Below are positions 14,454-28,069 of a DNA stretch of 64,000 bases, one piece after another; within the stretch, counting starts at the first letter, position 1; every line of letters starts with the position of its first letter. This stretch comes from Hypanus sabinus (taxonomy: Eukaryota). A program made the position numbers and the translations under genes. The notes beneath the pieces are model-generated. The model was not told the DNA's origin. It was given only the letters and a program-made list of their open reading frames with translations, and ran no database searches. The stretch covers positions 10,664,001 through 10,728,000 of the forward strand of contig NC_082731.1 in the NCBI RefSeq assembly GCF_030144855.1, given 5' to 3'.

Positions 14454-17400
14454 ATTTTTTTAATTTTTTTTTATTGAAGGAATAACACAATACAGAATAG
14501 ATAATGGATTACATTGTCCTCCATTTTGCTTTTATATCTTACCCCTAAACAAAACTCTCCTTACCCACCATCCCCAAACATACCATGGCAGCTGATGTAT
14601 TTACAATACAACCCTTCACAAATGCAATTACGGACATTTCACAGCCATACCCCCACACTACTTCAAGACGAAGGCCCACACACATCCACAACATGTCAGA
14701 TGATCCAAAATGCACCCATATTACAATTCATCAACCACCCTGTGAGGTAAACCATATGTGTGTTAAAAGGGAGGCAACTTCCCAAGTGCAATCAAATTCC
14801 CTTAACTAGTAGGTAATGGCTTAAGGCTCCAAAATATGACTAGAAAGGTCCCCATTTTGCATAGAACTTTTTCACAGACCCCCTCAGAGTGAATTTAATC
14901 TTTTCTAATTTCAGAAAAAAACATTATGTCCTGTAATCAAGCAGCAGCAGATGGGGGAGTGGCAGATTTCCAAACCAGTAAGACTCTCCTACGGGCCAAA
15001 AGCAATGTAAATCCAATAATATCAGACTGGTTTGCACTGAAACCCAAAGCCACACCAAATATAGCGATAAGTGGGCAAGGTCTCAGTGTCACCCCCAAAT
15101 CCTCACTGATAATTTTAAAATAGAGTGCCCAATAGCCATCAAGCCGAGGGCAAGACCAAAATGCATGCACTAAACCAGCCGGAGAGAAGGAACATCTGTC
15201 ACAGCCAGCGTCTGTCCCAGGATATATGTCAGCAAGCCACTTAAAAGTACCTTGTGTAAAACTTTAAAATGGTATGAGCCCCATTCTAACACATGATGAT
15301 GAGGAATTAACCCTATTTAATGCCTTTGCCCAATATTCCTCAGCTAGATCCATACCAAGGTCATCCTCCCACCTAGTTTTAGTTTTGTTTAGATCTTGTA
15401 CTTCCAAAGACATCAGCTGAGAGTACAGTACAGAGATCAGCCCTTTATTATTAAAGCTAAGAGTGAGTTGTTCCCACAACATAGTAGGTGGCAAATCAGG
15501 AAAAGAGGAACATTTTTCCTTGACAAAGTGGTGAATATACCATTATTAAAAAAAAGAAGATTACGTGTAAGGCTATATTTACTGCACAGGTTGTCAAAAC
15601 TGTCAAATATATTATCAGTGTACAAATCCTTAATGTGGTTAACACCGTTCAAATCCTATTGTCTAAAAACTGAATCAAGTGTGGAGGGAAGAAATAGATG
15701 GTTTCTATGAATGGGACCCAAAACTGAAGCTGATGTGAACTTATAATGGCAGCGAGACTGATTAAAAAAATTTGAGGGTGGAGAGCACGACTGGGCTAGT
15801 TGTGAATTGAGAGGATTTCAAAGACAAGGAAGAATACACAAAAGCTGGGAGAGATGAAGAGTGCAAGACCGTGTCTCAAGCAGACACCAATTTATATCTG
15901 GCTGGTGAAGCCAAAATAATACCTTTTGAATGTTCGATACCCGGTAATAATGAATAAAGCTAGGGAGGCCCATTCCACTAAGTCATGACCTCTTTGGAGA
16001 GTGCACTTATTAACACTTGGGACCTTATTTTCCCAAATAAAGCAGGTTATAGTTTGGTCAATTGATTTGAAAAAATAACTTGGATAAGAAAACTGGCAAG
16101 CACTGGAACAAATGAAGAAATCTGGATCATTTTCACTGTTTGAATTCTCCCCGCTATAGTAATGGGTAAGCTGTGCCATCTCTCAAAATCAGCCTTCATT
16201 TGGCTAACCTGTAGCCTGTAGTTAGCTTCAAATAGATATGTCAAAGAGTGAGTAATGTGTACTCCTAGGTATACAAAACAATCTTGAGATAAATAAAAAG
16301 GCAAAGATTCATGTTGGATCTGTAGGGCCAAGTTATTAATGGGAAAGCATTTGCTTTTTTGAGGTTAAGTTCATAGCCAGAGAAGGCTCCAAATTGACCT
16401 AATAATGATACAATAGCAGGATTGCTACCTACAGGGTCGCTACCATAAAGTAAAAGGGTATCAGCATATAGGGATATACGGTGTTCAATGTCCCCTCTCC
16501 TAACACCTTGAAATAATGTAGTTGACTTAAGTGCAATAGAAAGAGGCTCAATTACAATTGCAAAAAGAAGAGGGGACAATGGGCAGCCTTGGTGAGTTCC
16601 ACGTGTTAATGGAAAATAGTCAGATTGAAAATACTTTGTATACACGCAAAAAGCAAGTGATATAATAGCGTAACCCAGGCTACAAATATTCTGCCAAATC
16701 CAAAATTCTCCAAAACACTAAACAAGTATACCCACTCCACTCTATCAAACGCCTTCTCTGCGTCCAAGGAGCTCACAACCTCCGGACTTGGAGAATCAGT
16801 GGGGGAATAATCACATCAGCTAGTCGATGGACAGTAAAAAAAAAAAGAATGACAATTAAAAAAAACAGCACGCAAGCACTTTAGCCAAAATTTTCACATC
16901 CACATTCAAAAGTGAGCTGGGGCGATATGAATCTCATTGGGTCAGGTCCTTGTCCTTTTTTAAAAAGAAGTGAAATAGATGCTTGTGAAAGAGTAGGGAG
17001 TAAGGAACCGTTCTCCAAAGATTCCTGAAACACTTCTAGAAGGACCGGTATGTGCTTATCCTTAAATTTCTTATAAAATTCTATTGGATAACCATCAGGG
17101 CTGGGGACTTAGTGCTCTGCATAGCCATAATGGCATTATTAATCTCTTCTTGCCCAAGAGCTCAATCTAAATCTTCCACCTCCTCTGGTTCAAGAGTTGG
17201 TATTTCCAAATTATCAAAAAAAAACTATTCCATATTTGTTTATCTGAGGGTAACTCTTGAGGTATACAGAGAGGAATAAAAAGTTGCAAAATTGCTGTTG
17301 ATCTCTTTTGGATTGTTTGTCAAGTTTTGGTGCGTGTCTCTTATCTGGGGAATAAGTCATAATGCAGCTTGACACTTCAACTGATGAGCTAAAAGCTGGC

Positions 17401-20253
17401 TCACCTTGTCGCTATATTCATAATAGAGGCCAAGTGTCTTAAGAGTTAATTGTTGTAATAGCTTTGTAGATGGAATATTAAACTTCACTTTTAAATCAAC
17501 CCAGCTTTTATATAATTCCACAGTGGGTGCCTCAGAATATTGTCTACCCAGGTCCATCACAGATTGCAATAACACTTGCATTCCCTTCCTACGCTCTTTA
17601 TTGACATGTGAAGTATAAGGTATTATTTGACCTTTCAAGTAAGCTTTCAACGTTTCCCAAAGTTTAGAGTACGTTGCCAACTCAGTTTTGTTAGTCTTGT
17701 TAGTCAATGTTAGCCAATACATAACTACAAAATTTCTCGCTGGAAAGCAAAATGGGATTAAGTCCCCACAGACGACGTTCTCTGATGTTTAAAAGAAAAC
17801 AGAGGTCCAGTTTCATGAGTGAGTGATCAGATATAACTATAGCAGCGTACTCAATTTGTTTAATCAAGGAGCTATCTATAAAGAAATAGTCTCGCCTGGA
17901 ATAGGAGTGGTGAGCAAAGAGAATTGCCTAACCGATGGGTTAAAAAATCTCCAAGGTTCAAAATAACCATTTTGTTGCATAAGCATCGAGAAGGCCTTTG
18001 CCATACCAGTAGATGCTCCCTTAGGGCTTAGACCTATCAAGCAATGGGTCAATAGCACAGTTTAAATCTCCTGAAAAGATTAGCTGGTATGTATTCAGGT
18101 TAGGTATTAATGACAAGACGTTATTTGCAAAGTGGACGTCGTCCCAATTAGGGGCATAAATATTTACTGAAATGACAGGTATCTGAAAAGGATATCCAGA
18201 GACTATAATAAAGTGACCATTAGGGTCACTGATTACATCAGATGGTGTAAACTTAGTTTTTTTGCTGATTAATATTGCCCCCCCCCCCGGACATACTGCT
18301 AACTCTGGAATGAAAAACCTGACTAATCCATGCTTTACGGAGTCTATTATTTTTCCTATCTCAAATGTGTCTCTTGTAGAAAGATTATATCTGGTTTTAA
18401 TTGTTTCAGTTGAGAGAAAACTTTAGCTCGTTTTAACAGGACCATTGAGCCCCTTTACATTCCAAGAAATAAATCTCACAGGGTGGCCTCCATCAGCAGC
18501 ACTCATATCAAAAGACACATAGGGCCCACAATCCAAAACAGAGCGAGGGCACAAGCTGCACACAATAACGCACAATGAAAAGAAAGTCTGACCAACCCGT
18601 AACACACAAAATAATAAGCTGCCATGGTGATTTCCCAAAACACTCCCCCTACCCCTTGACACAAACAAAAAAATATAATTAACCCCGGGAACCCAGATAT
18701 AACACCCCAACTGAGGATGATCGCAGGCATTACCAAACAAAAGTACTGACAAAGCATTCCCCATACAACCAAAACTTTCAATCTAATCTAGGTTGGCTCC
18801 CCTCCTTCAAATTTATGCAATCACTTATTCTACCTTTAAATAACACATAGCCTAAAATAACACAGGTCAAGCAAAGCAGTAAAAACAACAACAACAAAAA
18901 AAACTAGGAACTAAACGCCAGGGATGAAAATCCCAAATATTTACATTTTGCTGGTTGAAAGTTTTTGTTTTTGTCAGATTCCGCAGCATAGCTGTTCAAC
19001 TCAACCGTGTTCCACAAATTAAACTGGAGAAAATGAACAAAGAAGTGAATTGCCAAAATTAACAGTTTACCACAGTCCTGACGAAGGGTCTCAGCCCGAA
19101 ACGTTAAAGTTCGTTTCAACAGATGCTGCCCGACCTGCTGAGTTCATCCTGCTTGTTTGTACGTGTTGAACAGTTTACCTCGACGGGAGACTTCTTCAAT
19201 GCTGCAGGAATACCCTTTAAAAAGTTATTGCTCTTCTCGTTTTTCTTCTCCCGAGCGCGAATGGTAAAACTCTTTGGCCGCCTCTGGTGTATCTAAATAA
19301 TTCTCTTTAACTTCATGGATGACGCGGAGCCGGGCAGAATAGAAGAGGCCGAACCTGACCCTTTTCCCATAAAGCAGGGACTTCACCTCCTTGAACGCTG
19401 CTCGTTTGTTCCCCAGCTCCGCACTATAATCTTCATGAAAAAACACGCGATGCCCGCGGAATTACAGCTCCTGCTTCCCTCTATTGATGATGTGTTGCTT
19501 ATCTTGAAATAAATGAAAGAGAACCAGGGATGTTCTTGGTCTAATTGCTTGGCTTCATGGACGTCGGATGGTTTAGATCCGACTCGGTGAGCACGTGAAA
19601 GCACGAGAGGCCATGGGAAGAAATTCGTCCCCAGCACTTCGTCCAATAAGTCGGTCATAAATTTAACAGGTGCCGAACCTTCAAAATTTTCAGGAATACC
19701 GACGACTCTCAAATTGGATCTCCAAGACTGATTTTCGAGGTCATCTAGCTTTCCCTTCAGAAATGCGTTTTTGCTCTGCAGCGCTGCAATGGCGGCTTCG
19801 GCGCTCGCCAGTCGGTCACTACAATCATTCAGGCCATCTTCAACCTTACGAATGCGTTCATCGAGCGCCTCGTAGTAAGACATAATTTGTTCCATGGTAG
19901 CATTCACTAGTGGCAAAGCATATTCAAGTTCTCTTTGTAGGGCAGAATGCACCGCTTGAGTCAGGTCAGTAAAAGTACTAAGAGAAGCCGCTCGAGATCA
20001 TCGGGTAGCGCAGGTCCAGTACGGTGCATAACCGTAACATCCGCTTTCTTGCTCGAGGCTTCGCTTTCCCCCAGTTTTACTTCAAAGGTGCATCTTATTT
20101 GCCATTTCAAAGTCCAGCAAAGTCCTGGGTTGTTCACAATATTAAATATTCATATCTCGAGAATACAGCAAAGATGAACAGGTAGATTTTCAATAAAAGT
20201 TGAGAGCGACGGTCACAAGCATCTACTCGCTCCATACTCAACCGGGAAGTTCC
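14454..20253 (-). mobile_element. Full-length L1-clade LINE (about 5.8 kb), inactivated
   Basis: ORF1 19383-19952 (coiled coil, RSNLRVVGIPE); ORF2 pieces ISWNVKGLNG and TRGTHQGCPLSPLLFAIVIEPL; A-rich tail at about 14454-14475; TSD GCAAAAATTGT at 14443-14453 and 20254-20264; many stops and frameshifts. Confidence 0.9.
19077..19170 (+). repeat. Short abundant repeat (Penelope-like terminal sequence) nested between L1 ORF1 and ORF2
   Basis: CCTGACGAAGGGTCTCAGCCCGAAACG...AGATGCTGCCCGACCTGCTGAG. Related copies at about 5560, 21400, 24950, 25680, 29410, 41670, 42845 and 45950. The Penelope label is from memory. Confidence 0.6.
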
Positions 20254-20269
20254 GCAAAAATTGTTTTTG

Positions 20270-20600
20270 ATATGTGTCATTTCCAATCCCTCAAAGAACT
20301 TCAGAATTATTGGCATCAATGCCACCGGGCGGTAGTCATTTATTTCCGAAGGTGTGGAGTCCTTTGGCACAGAGACGATGGTAGCTGATTTTAACTTGTG
20401 GCACAGTAGCCTGGATGACTGAAGTATTGAAGATGTTGATGAAGTCATCAGTGAGCAGGTGTGCACAGTCCCTGAGTACTCGGCCAATGATATTTGCTGG
20501 TCCTGGGGATTGACTCGCAGAGTCCTTCGCACGACCTTCAGTCCACATTCTGTAAATCTGTGCCCATCGGTTTAGTACTATATCAGTTGCTACACAGCTG
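20270..20600 (-). mobile_element. Rex1/Babar-type LINE fragment
   Basis: [20 protein letters not shown] and [19 protein letters not shown]. Confidence 0.7.
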
Positions 20601-21687
20601 ATCAACTAATTTCCAAACCATATGAATATGATTGATTTCACTTTCATGGGTTTCCATTTTTTTCATAATTATCTATAAATAAAACTGATATCTTTGTTCT
20701 CAAATCAATACTTGAAGAAAAGATTATTTCTTTACCCCATAGCAACCCGCCGTGTTGGTCCCTGATTAGCTAACCTTATCACGGCGGGAATGATTGAAAG
20801 AGACAGCAAGAAGTATTTCGTTCTGTGAAATCATGAGCTTCTCTGAAGAGCACCTTTGGGAATCCCAGTGTGCTTCCTGGAGCCATCAATTCACATACAA
20901 TGTTTCACAGGAGTCTTGATTTTACAATTAGATTCACGCTTGCATTACAATTACGATTTGCCGTCAGAAAACTGTAATGTGGAATAGCTTATCATGCACT
21001 CAACTCAGGAAAGATCCATGGAATACGAATTTGGTGAACAGTGGGAGGGATTTGGGGTGGCCCATAAAACCCCAAGCTGGCCTATGCGTGTCCATGCAAG
21101 GCTCTGAGTTTGTAGAGCTCTTAGCCATCGGTTGTATTAGCTGTTTTCTGGAAGCCCCTTCATGGAACATGAGTGGTTATTGTTATTTAATGTCGTTCAT
21201 ATGTTAAGCTGTACAACCATTTTTCCTAAATCAACAACTTTACATTGTCATGACTATACTTCTCACTTTTCACCTTCATGCCTTTCACTTCATTCTCCCT
21301 GCCCCACTAAATTATTTTCCTCCTCATCTGTCTTCATAAGCTTGTACTCCTTCCATCTCCCCACCTTGTTATTCTCGCTTGTTCTTCCTTCCTTGCCAGT
21401 ACTGATGAAGTGTCTCGGCTTCAAACATCGACTGTATATTGCCTCCATACTGGAGACACAGTATTGCCTGACTTGATGAGTTCCTCCAGCATTCTACATG
21501 GGATTTTCCAGCAGCTGCAGAAACTCTTCAATGTATACTCCAGCTGCCTTTCTACTAACTTATCAAACCTGTCCATACATAATTGCAGATCTTTGTGTCT
21601 TTCTAGTAATCGTCTATATGATGCAACAGACTTTAATATCGAAGCTTAACAGTAACATAAGTGAATCAGAGTAATAGGTTCCCGTGA

Positions 21688-21710
21688 GTGTGTGTGTGTG
21701 TGTGTGTGTG
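21688..21710. repeat. (GT)n microsatellite
   Basis: Direct reading. Confidence 0.95.
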
Positions 21711-22059
21711 TTGTACCCGTTTATCCCACCAGTTACATTGTCAAAGAGCTTTGAGAAAGTAACAATTACATGTCAGCGAACTACAAGGCCCTCAGGTTGA
21801 CATCACTGGTAGGGAATTCGCTCAAGGGAATCCTGAATGACAGGATCTGGCGGAGTTAATATGGCTTTATTTGTGGGAAGTCATGCTTGATGAATATTCT
21901 AGAATTTTTGAAGAAGTAAACAAAATGGTATTTGAGGGTAGAGCTGAGCCTTCGATTAGATCCCACATAATAGGCTGGTCGGGAAGTCCAGGAATCCAGA
22001 CAAAGGCAGTTAGACGGATTCAAGACTGGCTTGGAGGTAGGAAGCAGTGTGGTGGGTAA

Positions 22060-22560
22060 AGGTTTTATCTCGGAAAATAAGCTGTTCTAAAGGGATGTCT
22101 TTGAATTCTGAGTCTCTGCCCACTGGTCCCAGCATCCCTCACTATAGGGAACACTACCTGCCTTCCAACTACTATGGCATTGATCCCATCATCCAAATCA
22201 TTGACATATAACCTGAAAATAAGTGGTCCCAACACCTACCCCTGTCGAACGCTGTTAGCCACTGGCAGCAAACCGGAAAATGCCTCCTTCATTTTCACTC
22301 TGCCTTCTGTCAGTCTTCCAATCCATCCATTCTTGTATTTTTTTCCTGTAGGACCATGTCCTATAATTTTGTTTAGCAGCTTTATCGATGGCGTCTTGTC
22401 AAGGGCCTTCAGAAAATCCAAGTAAACAGCATCCACCGACTCTTTTTGGTCTATCTTGCTTGATATTTCCAAAAAGAACTCGAGCAGATGTGTGAGACCA
22501 GATTTCCCCTTCACTAAACCATGCTGAATTGGCCTCATTTATCACATGTCTGCAAGTACC
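22060..22560 (-). mobile_element. CR1 RT fragment
   Basis: ORF 22236-22538 (QHGLVKGKSGLTHLLEFF...VYLDFLKALDK). Confidence 0.8.
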
Positions 22561-25500
22561 AAATTCTTGACCAATTACGGAAATGGACCAAGGAGATTCA
22601 ACATTACTAATGTGAGGTCATGGAATTTGGAAAGTCAAAACAGCATAGGACTTATCTATGAATGGTTGGGCATTTCAATCAGCTACGAGTGAATGGTTGA
22701 TGATAAAACAGGAACCTCTCTACAACGGGTCTCCGGAAACAGTAGTTTATTTAATCTTCCAGGAATATATCCCTCTGAGATTTGAAATCGAGACGGAACA
22801 CATAATGAATTAATTGATATCTTCTGCACTTCTCAGTTCGAGTTGCTGAACTGTTTCTGCTATTTCCTTTCTTTCCAATAGAAATAACAAACACTTATAA
22901 CCGCTAAATGTCAGGGAACTGCAGCGAATTATTCATTGTTTCCTTTTCAATGCCGAGAGGATTTGGTAAAAATGCCAAACTAAGCTGAAGGAAATGTGTC
23001 TGTTACTGATAATCTGAAGGATGTTTTCAGAGTTTACTTGCTGCATAGCAGAGAAGGAAACCGACAGAAAAGTTGTGAATCATGGTCGGCATGCGGAGAC
23101 TAAAGGCATGCCCGGAAATTGAATTCTGTTATCCACATCAAAAAGAGGCGACTGCATTTCGAAAGTCTGTACTAATTTTCTCCCACATTGCAGCATGTAG
23201 TCCTCCAGATCGTCTGCAGGCAAATACTGTCTCTCTTGAATACCCCATTGCCCTCTATCATAGCCCGTCCACCCGACTATGTAGAGTGCAACTGCCAGAC
23301 ATCAAAGGCACTACCTCTTTCCAGAGCCCCCTGCACCTATAGAAAGAATATAAGATTAGGAAAAAAAATCTTACCATCTACAACGCAGGAACGGCCACTA
23401 ACGGTCCAGCTGTTTCTTAACAACAATCGTATTTATCTGTATGAGGCTGGATTTCTTCTTTTCCTTTCCTATATAGGCAACTGTACACATGTCTTTTAAA
23501 TGGTACAGTTGTGTCCAATTCTATCAGCTTGTTCCAGATAACCATACCCTCAGTTTGAATACAGTTACCCTGCAGATCTCATTAAAATTTCCTCTCTCAC
23601 CTTGAACCTGTTTTCTCATTCTAAACTTGACTGTCTTTGGAAAAAACACCCTTCCCTCTCGTAACTTCATGCCCATTTGGAGCGTTTCATTTGGAACAAT
23701 CCTAGCTTACCCAATCTCTGCTTGTAACTGGGGTCCTCAATTCCAGGTAACATCCCGCTTAAGCTCTTCTGCTCTCTTGTACTACCTGATCCTTCCTGCA
23801 GCGTGGAGACCAGAACCATATACCGAATAACTTAAACTCAATGAACAATAGATGCTTTCCTGTCCTGCCACATCCCATCACAAATGGCCCAGTACGAACA
23901 ATTTATTCCAGATAATTCGACCCTGAGTTATTCTTGTAACCATAATGTTCCTTCCAAACAAAACTGATTTCCCATTGCCTCAGGTTTTGCCTCAAACCAT
24001 GGAATACCATGAACTAATCCAGGTCTATCTACAGATTGCCACAAAATGTTTTTACAGTATCAAATGACGGAAAATCATTTTGTCTCTGTGTCCGACGAAC
24101 ATCGAACATAGAATGGTACAATATGGGAACTAACCTTTCGGCCTTTTATTCCAAATTAAACCGTTTCCTTCTGTCTGCATATGACTCATAACATTCCGCT
24201 CACTGCATATGCTTGTGGCTGTCTAAAAGCCTCTTGAAGAACACTATAATGTCTCCATCACTACGCCTGGTGGCCCAACCCCACCCCTCACCTTAAAGTC
24301 ATTCTCTCTTATACTCGACATTTCTCTCCGGGAACAGTGATTCTCGCTGTCATGCCTCTTATGAACTTATAAACTATCGGTCGCTCCTCAGCCTACTATG
24401 CTCCAGAGAAAACAATGCAAATTTATGCATTTGAGATTTGACTCTCAACTATATCACTACTTCGTACATAGTAGAGCATTGTACTGCAAAAAGAACGAAT
24501 TGTATTATAATATGCAATGCAACTAACAAAAAGATTGAAAATAAATATACTTTGAACTTTGATTGAAAATCGTAACTTGTATATGACTTCAGGGTAACTG
24601 TGATGTCACAGTGTTGAGATGTGATAAATTACATATCACAGTGATGATAGATAATTAAAGCTGATTTTGAATGGAATTTCTTGCGTCCATGCAGCTTTTG
24701 TTTCAGATTTCATTACCTGTCTTCCAAAACGTGTTACAGAAATTGAACACAGCGATATTGTCAAGGAACTAGCCCAAACCTAATATCACGAATTACTTTG
24801 ATTCCCAGCATCTGCAGATTTCGCTTGTTCTTGACCATGAATTGGTATTGTAGTTGGAAAGCTCGCAGGGTCGTGACAGCAGAGTCTTGCTGTCAAAATA
24901 ATCTCAAAACAAATTTATCAAATAAAATTATGCATCTTTTAAAGCAACACACACGCTGAACGAACTCAGAAGGTCAGGCACCATCTATGGAAAAGAATAA
25001 GTCGAAGTTTCGAGCCAAGACCTTTCGTCAGCACTGAGAAAAAAGGGAGAAGTTGTCAGAATAAAAAAAAGTGGGTGGGTGAGGGGAGTGGATATATGCT
25101 AGGTGGAAAGTGATGGTTGAAGCAAGGTGAGTGTGAAAGATCAAGGGCTGGAGAAGAAAGAATCTGATTCAAGACGATAGTGGACGACAGGGGGATGAAG
25201 GAAGAAGGAGGGGAGCCGGGGGAATCTAATAGGCAGGTGAGAAGAAGTAACCGGTCAGAGTACGGAGCAATAGAATGGGAGTATGGGTTTCTTTCCTGAA
25301 ACAAGATATTGATATTCATGCCATCAGGTTGAAGGTAACTAGTCGGAATACGAGCTGTTGCTCCTTGACCCTGAGGGTGGCCTTATCTCGTCACAAGAGG
25401 AGGCCATGTATTGATACGTCCGAAAGGGAACCAAACTGGAATTCCTCTATTCCTCACTCTGATCTTTTACTTCTCACCTGCCTATTATTTCGTCCTGGGT

Positions 25501-27865
25501 CCCCTCCTCTTTCCCGTTCTCCTATGGTCTATTCTCATCTCCTGTCAGCCCCTTCATTCTCCAGTCCTTGAGCTGTTTCATGCACCTGGCTTCACTTATC
25601 ACCTTCCAGCCAGCCTCTTTCCCCTCCCACCTTTTAGTTTTGCCATCTTCCCCCTTCCTTCATAGTCCTGAGAAAGGTCTCGGCACATAACTTCCACTGT
25701 TTATTCTATTCCTTCGACGCTGCAATATCTGCTGAGTTCCTCCAGCATTTTGTTTATGTTGCTATGGATCTGCAGACTTTCTCGTGTTTGTGTATAATTT
25801 ATTTTTAATTTTATGCCCTTTGCGAATGTTTATACAATTTATCCCAATGAAGCTGCTGCAAGTATTTTCCATTGAACCTGTGCACACATGTTTTTGTGTA
25901 TATGGCAATAAACTTGATTCTGTGGGTTCTACTAAAGGCGTAGCGGGTTAGGCTGGCACCAATTTAACATTCTTCTAGGCTTATGGAATATATTGCCTCC
26001 GTGTAGTGAGGAGAAGAATCGAAAACTGACACTTCGATTACGATCTGCAGTTGTGATTTTTAAGCCTCTGATTTCTGTGTTTTTCGATTAGATGCAATTT
26101 ATTTCCATTAAAATATTAGTTAGGGGAATCTGTGACGTCTGGTGGACGTTCGATTAATTCAAATAAACTTTAAACAGGTGGAAAATCAATAGATATTCCA
26201 ACTCCGATTTTCATTTATTTCCATTGACGTATGAACAGCTTAAAGCTACCCTCATTAGTTCTTGAGCTGTGACCTCCCGTGGGATAACAGTGAAGGGTAC
26301 ATTCAGGAATGGAGCTGAATAATTCGAGCGGGAGAGCTCCGAGACGGAAAGGGTGGTGCGACCAGTGATCATGACTGTTTGTTCTCAAATGTAGCAATTG
26401 GAGGGGAACTTATTGAGGTTGCACATGTTTCTCCATGGAGAGCTATTTGTTCAATCAAGAAATTCGGCCAGGAAACGCAGGCAAATAAGATTTTGCCAAC
26501 ATTTTTCGGTGACACACTGTTAGTTTGAGAAACAGACGTTGGATTAAAATTCAACGGAGCCGTCTTTGGAGTGTCCTTGACTATGTTTTGCTCTTTCATT
26601 TAGATGGGGAAAAAAGAGTCTTTGCTATGGAGAAAATAAATAACTAGCGCTATTCCTATCAGCTGGATTTCGTTGTGCCATCTTTGGGGCTTTCGCAAAA
26701 CAGGTAAAACACCCTCATCTTTACTTTGTAAGAACGGGATCATAATCGGGATAATGTTCTGAGGTTTCAAAATATATTGAGCAGAATGACTGGTCATTCG
26801 TAAATCCTGCGAATTTAAATGTCGTATGAATGTTGTGAACAAAACGAGGAGGCGCAGATGTCCAAAGGGGAAGTTGCATTGAATATCAGGTGAAGGAACA
26901 ATTGAACAATTTAACTTCCAAATTCGCATGATACAATCGATGTCCATCGTACAGATTCCGGAAGCCAAAAGGTAATTGGGACACTGTTCGGAAGAAACCC
27001 TGCTGTTAATCCACTGGATCTATTTGGATTTATTAATAGTCTGTCAATTTAACTGCCCACATCTCTCCCATTTAGATCCCCCGCCTTTAAAGTTTAACAA
27101 TTTTGAAATCTGGATATTTAGTAGAATGTTATTGCTTATTGGCAGAGAACTTGAATTCAAAGTTGGTTCTGCTTCATGTTAAGAACTAGTGTCAGAGCCA
27201 GCTTTATTATCACTGAAAAACTGAAGTGAAATTTGTTGTTATTCAGCAGCAGTACAGTTCAAAGACATAAAAATCTGTAAATAGTGCAAAAATAGAAATA
27301 ATGAGGTCGTATCCGATGTCCATGGATCGTTCAAATATCAGCGATATAGTACTTAGAGACCTGTACAGAGTATTGCAGTCATGTGGGAAAATGTTAATTC
27401 TTTGGATTTGAAAGGTCGCTGACTGATAAATGGAATAGAAGAGTTGTGACGTTTGACTTATGACGAAAGGTTGAACAGGTGAGACTTGTATCCAGTGGAC
27501 TTCAGAAAGCTAGCTAATGAACCTTTACAAATGTTAGACATATTCTTACCGCGAGATTTTATTTTCAATATGTGCATTCCTGCAATTTTGGAGTCTCTTA
27601 ATGCTTTTCGTTCACCCATATTGAATATCATGTGAATCCTGACTGTAAACAATATCCAGAGGGAAGTTCAAAACTTTCCACTCCAGGACATTTGAGAAGT
27701 ATGGTAGGACTGTTTCCAATGCTAATTTTAATAACATCGTGATAACAGTTTTCGTTAGGATCACATTATGCATTGTACCGCAATGTGATATGTACAGTGT
27801 ATACCCTATCAGTTCCTTTTCCTTTTCCCCTGAACTGCTTCTGGCCTACCAAGGCATATGTAGAT

Positions 27866-28069
27866 GTGTGAGTGCGCCTTTAACTCCTGGTGGAGTCGTC
27901 GGGGCGCCGTCATAACAGGCTTTTTGCACCGATCTTTTTGGTGATTTCTCTAATCTTGGGCATCTGAAACCCATCCCTCTCCAGGTATTTTGGAGAAAGC
28001 CCATGGATTCGAACTCGGAGCCTTCAGTCAGAAGCCCGACGCTAATACCATTACGCCACCAGCCGGCCT
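27866..28069 (-). mobile_element. Short tRNA-derived SINE (about 200 bp)
   Basis: Minus strand: box A TGGCGTAATGG and box B GTTCGAATCC; 10-bp TSD ATATGTAGAT at 27856-27865 and 28070-28079. Confidence 0.8.

Noticed and set aside
24596-24643. AACTGTG-atgt-CACAGTG plus a second CACAGTG, like a D segment with RSS
   Set aside because: No nonamers at 12 or 23 bp on either side; only 4 nt between the heptamers.
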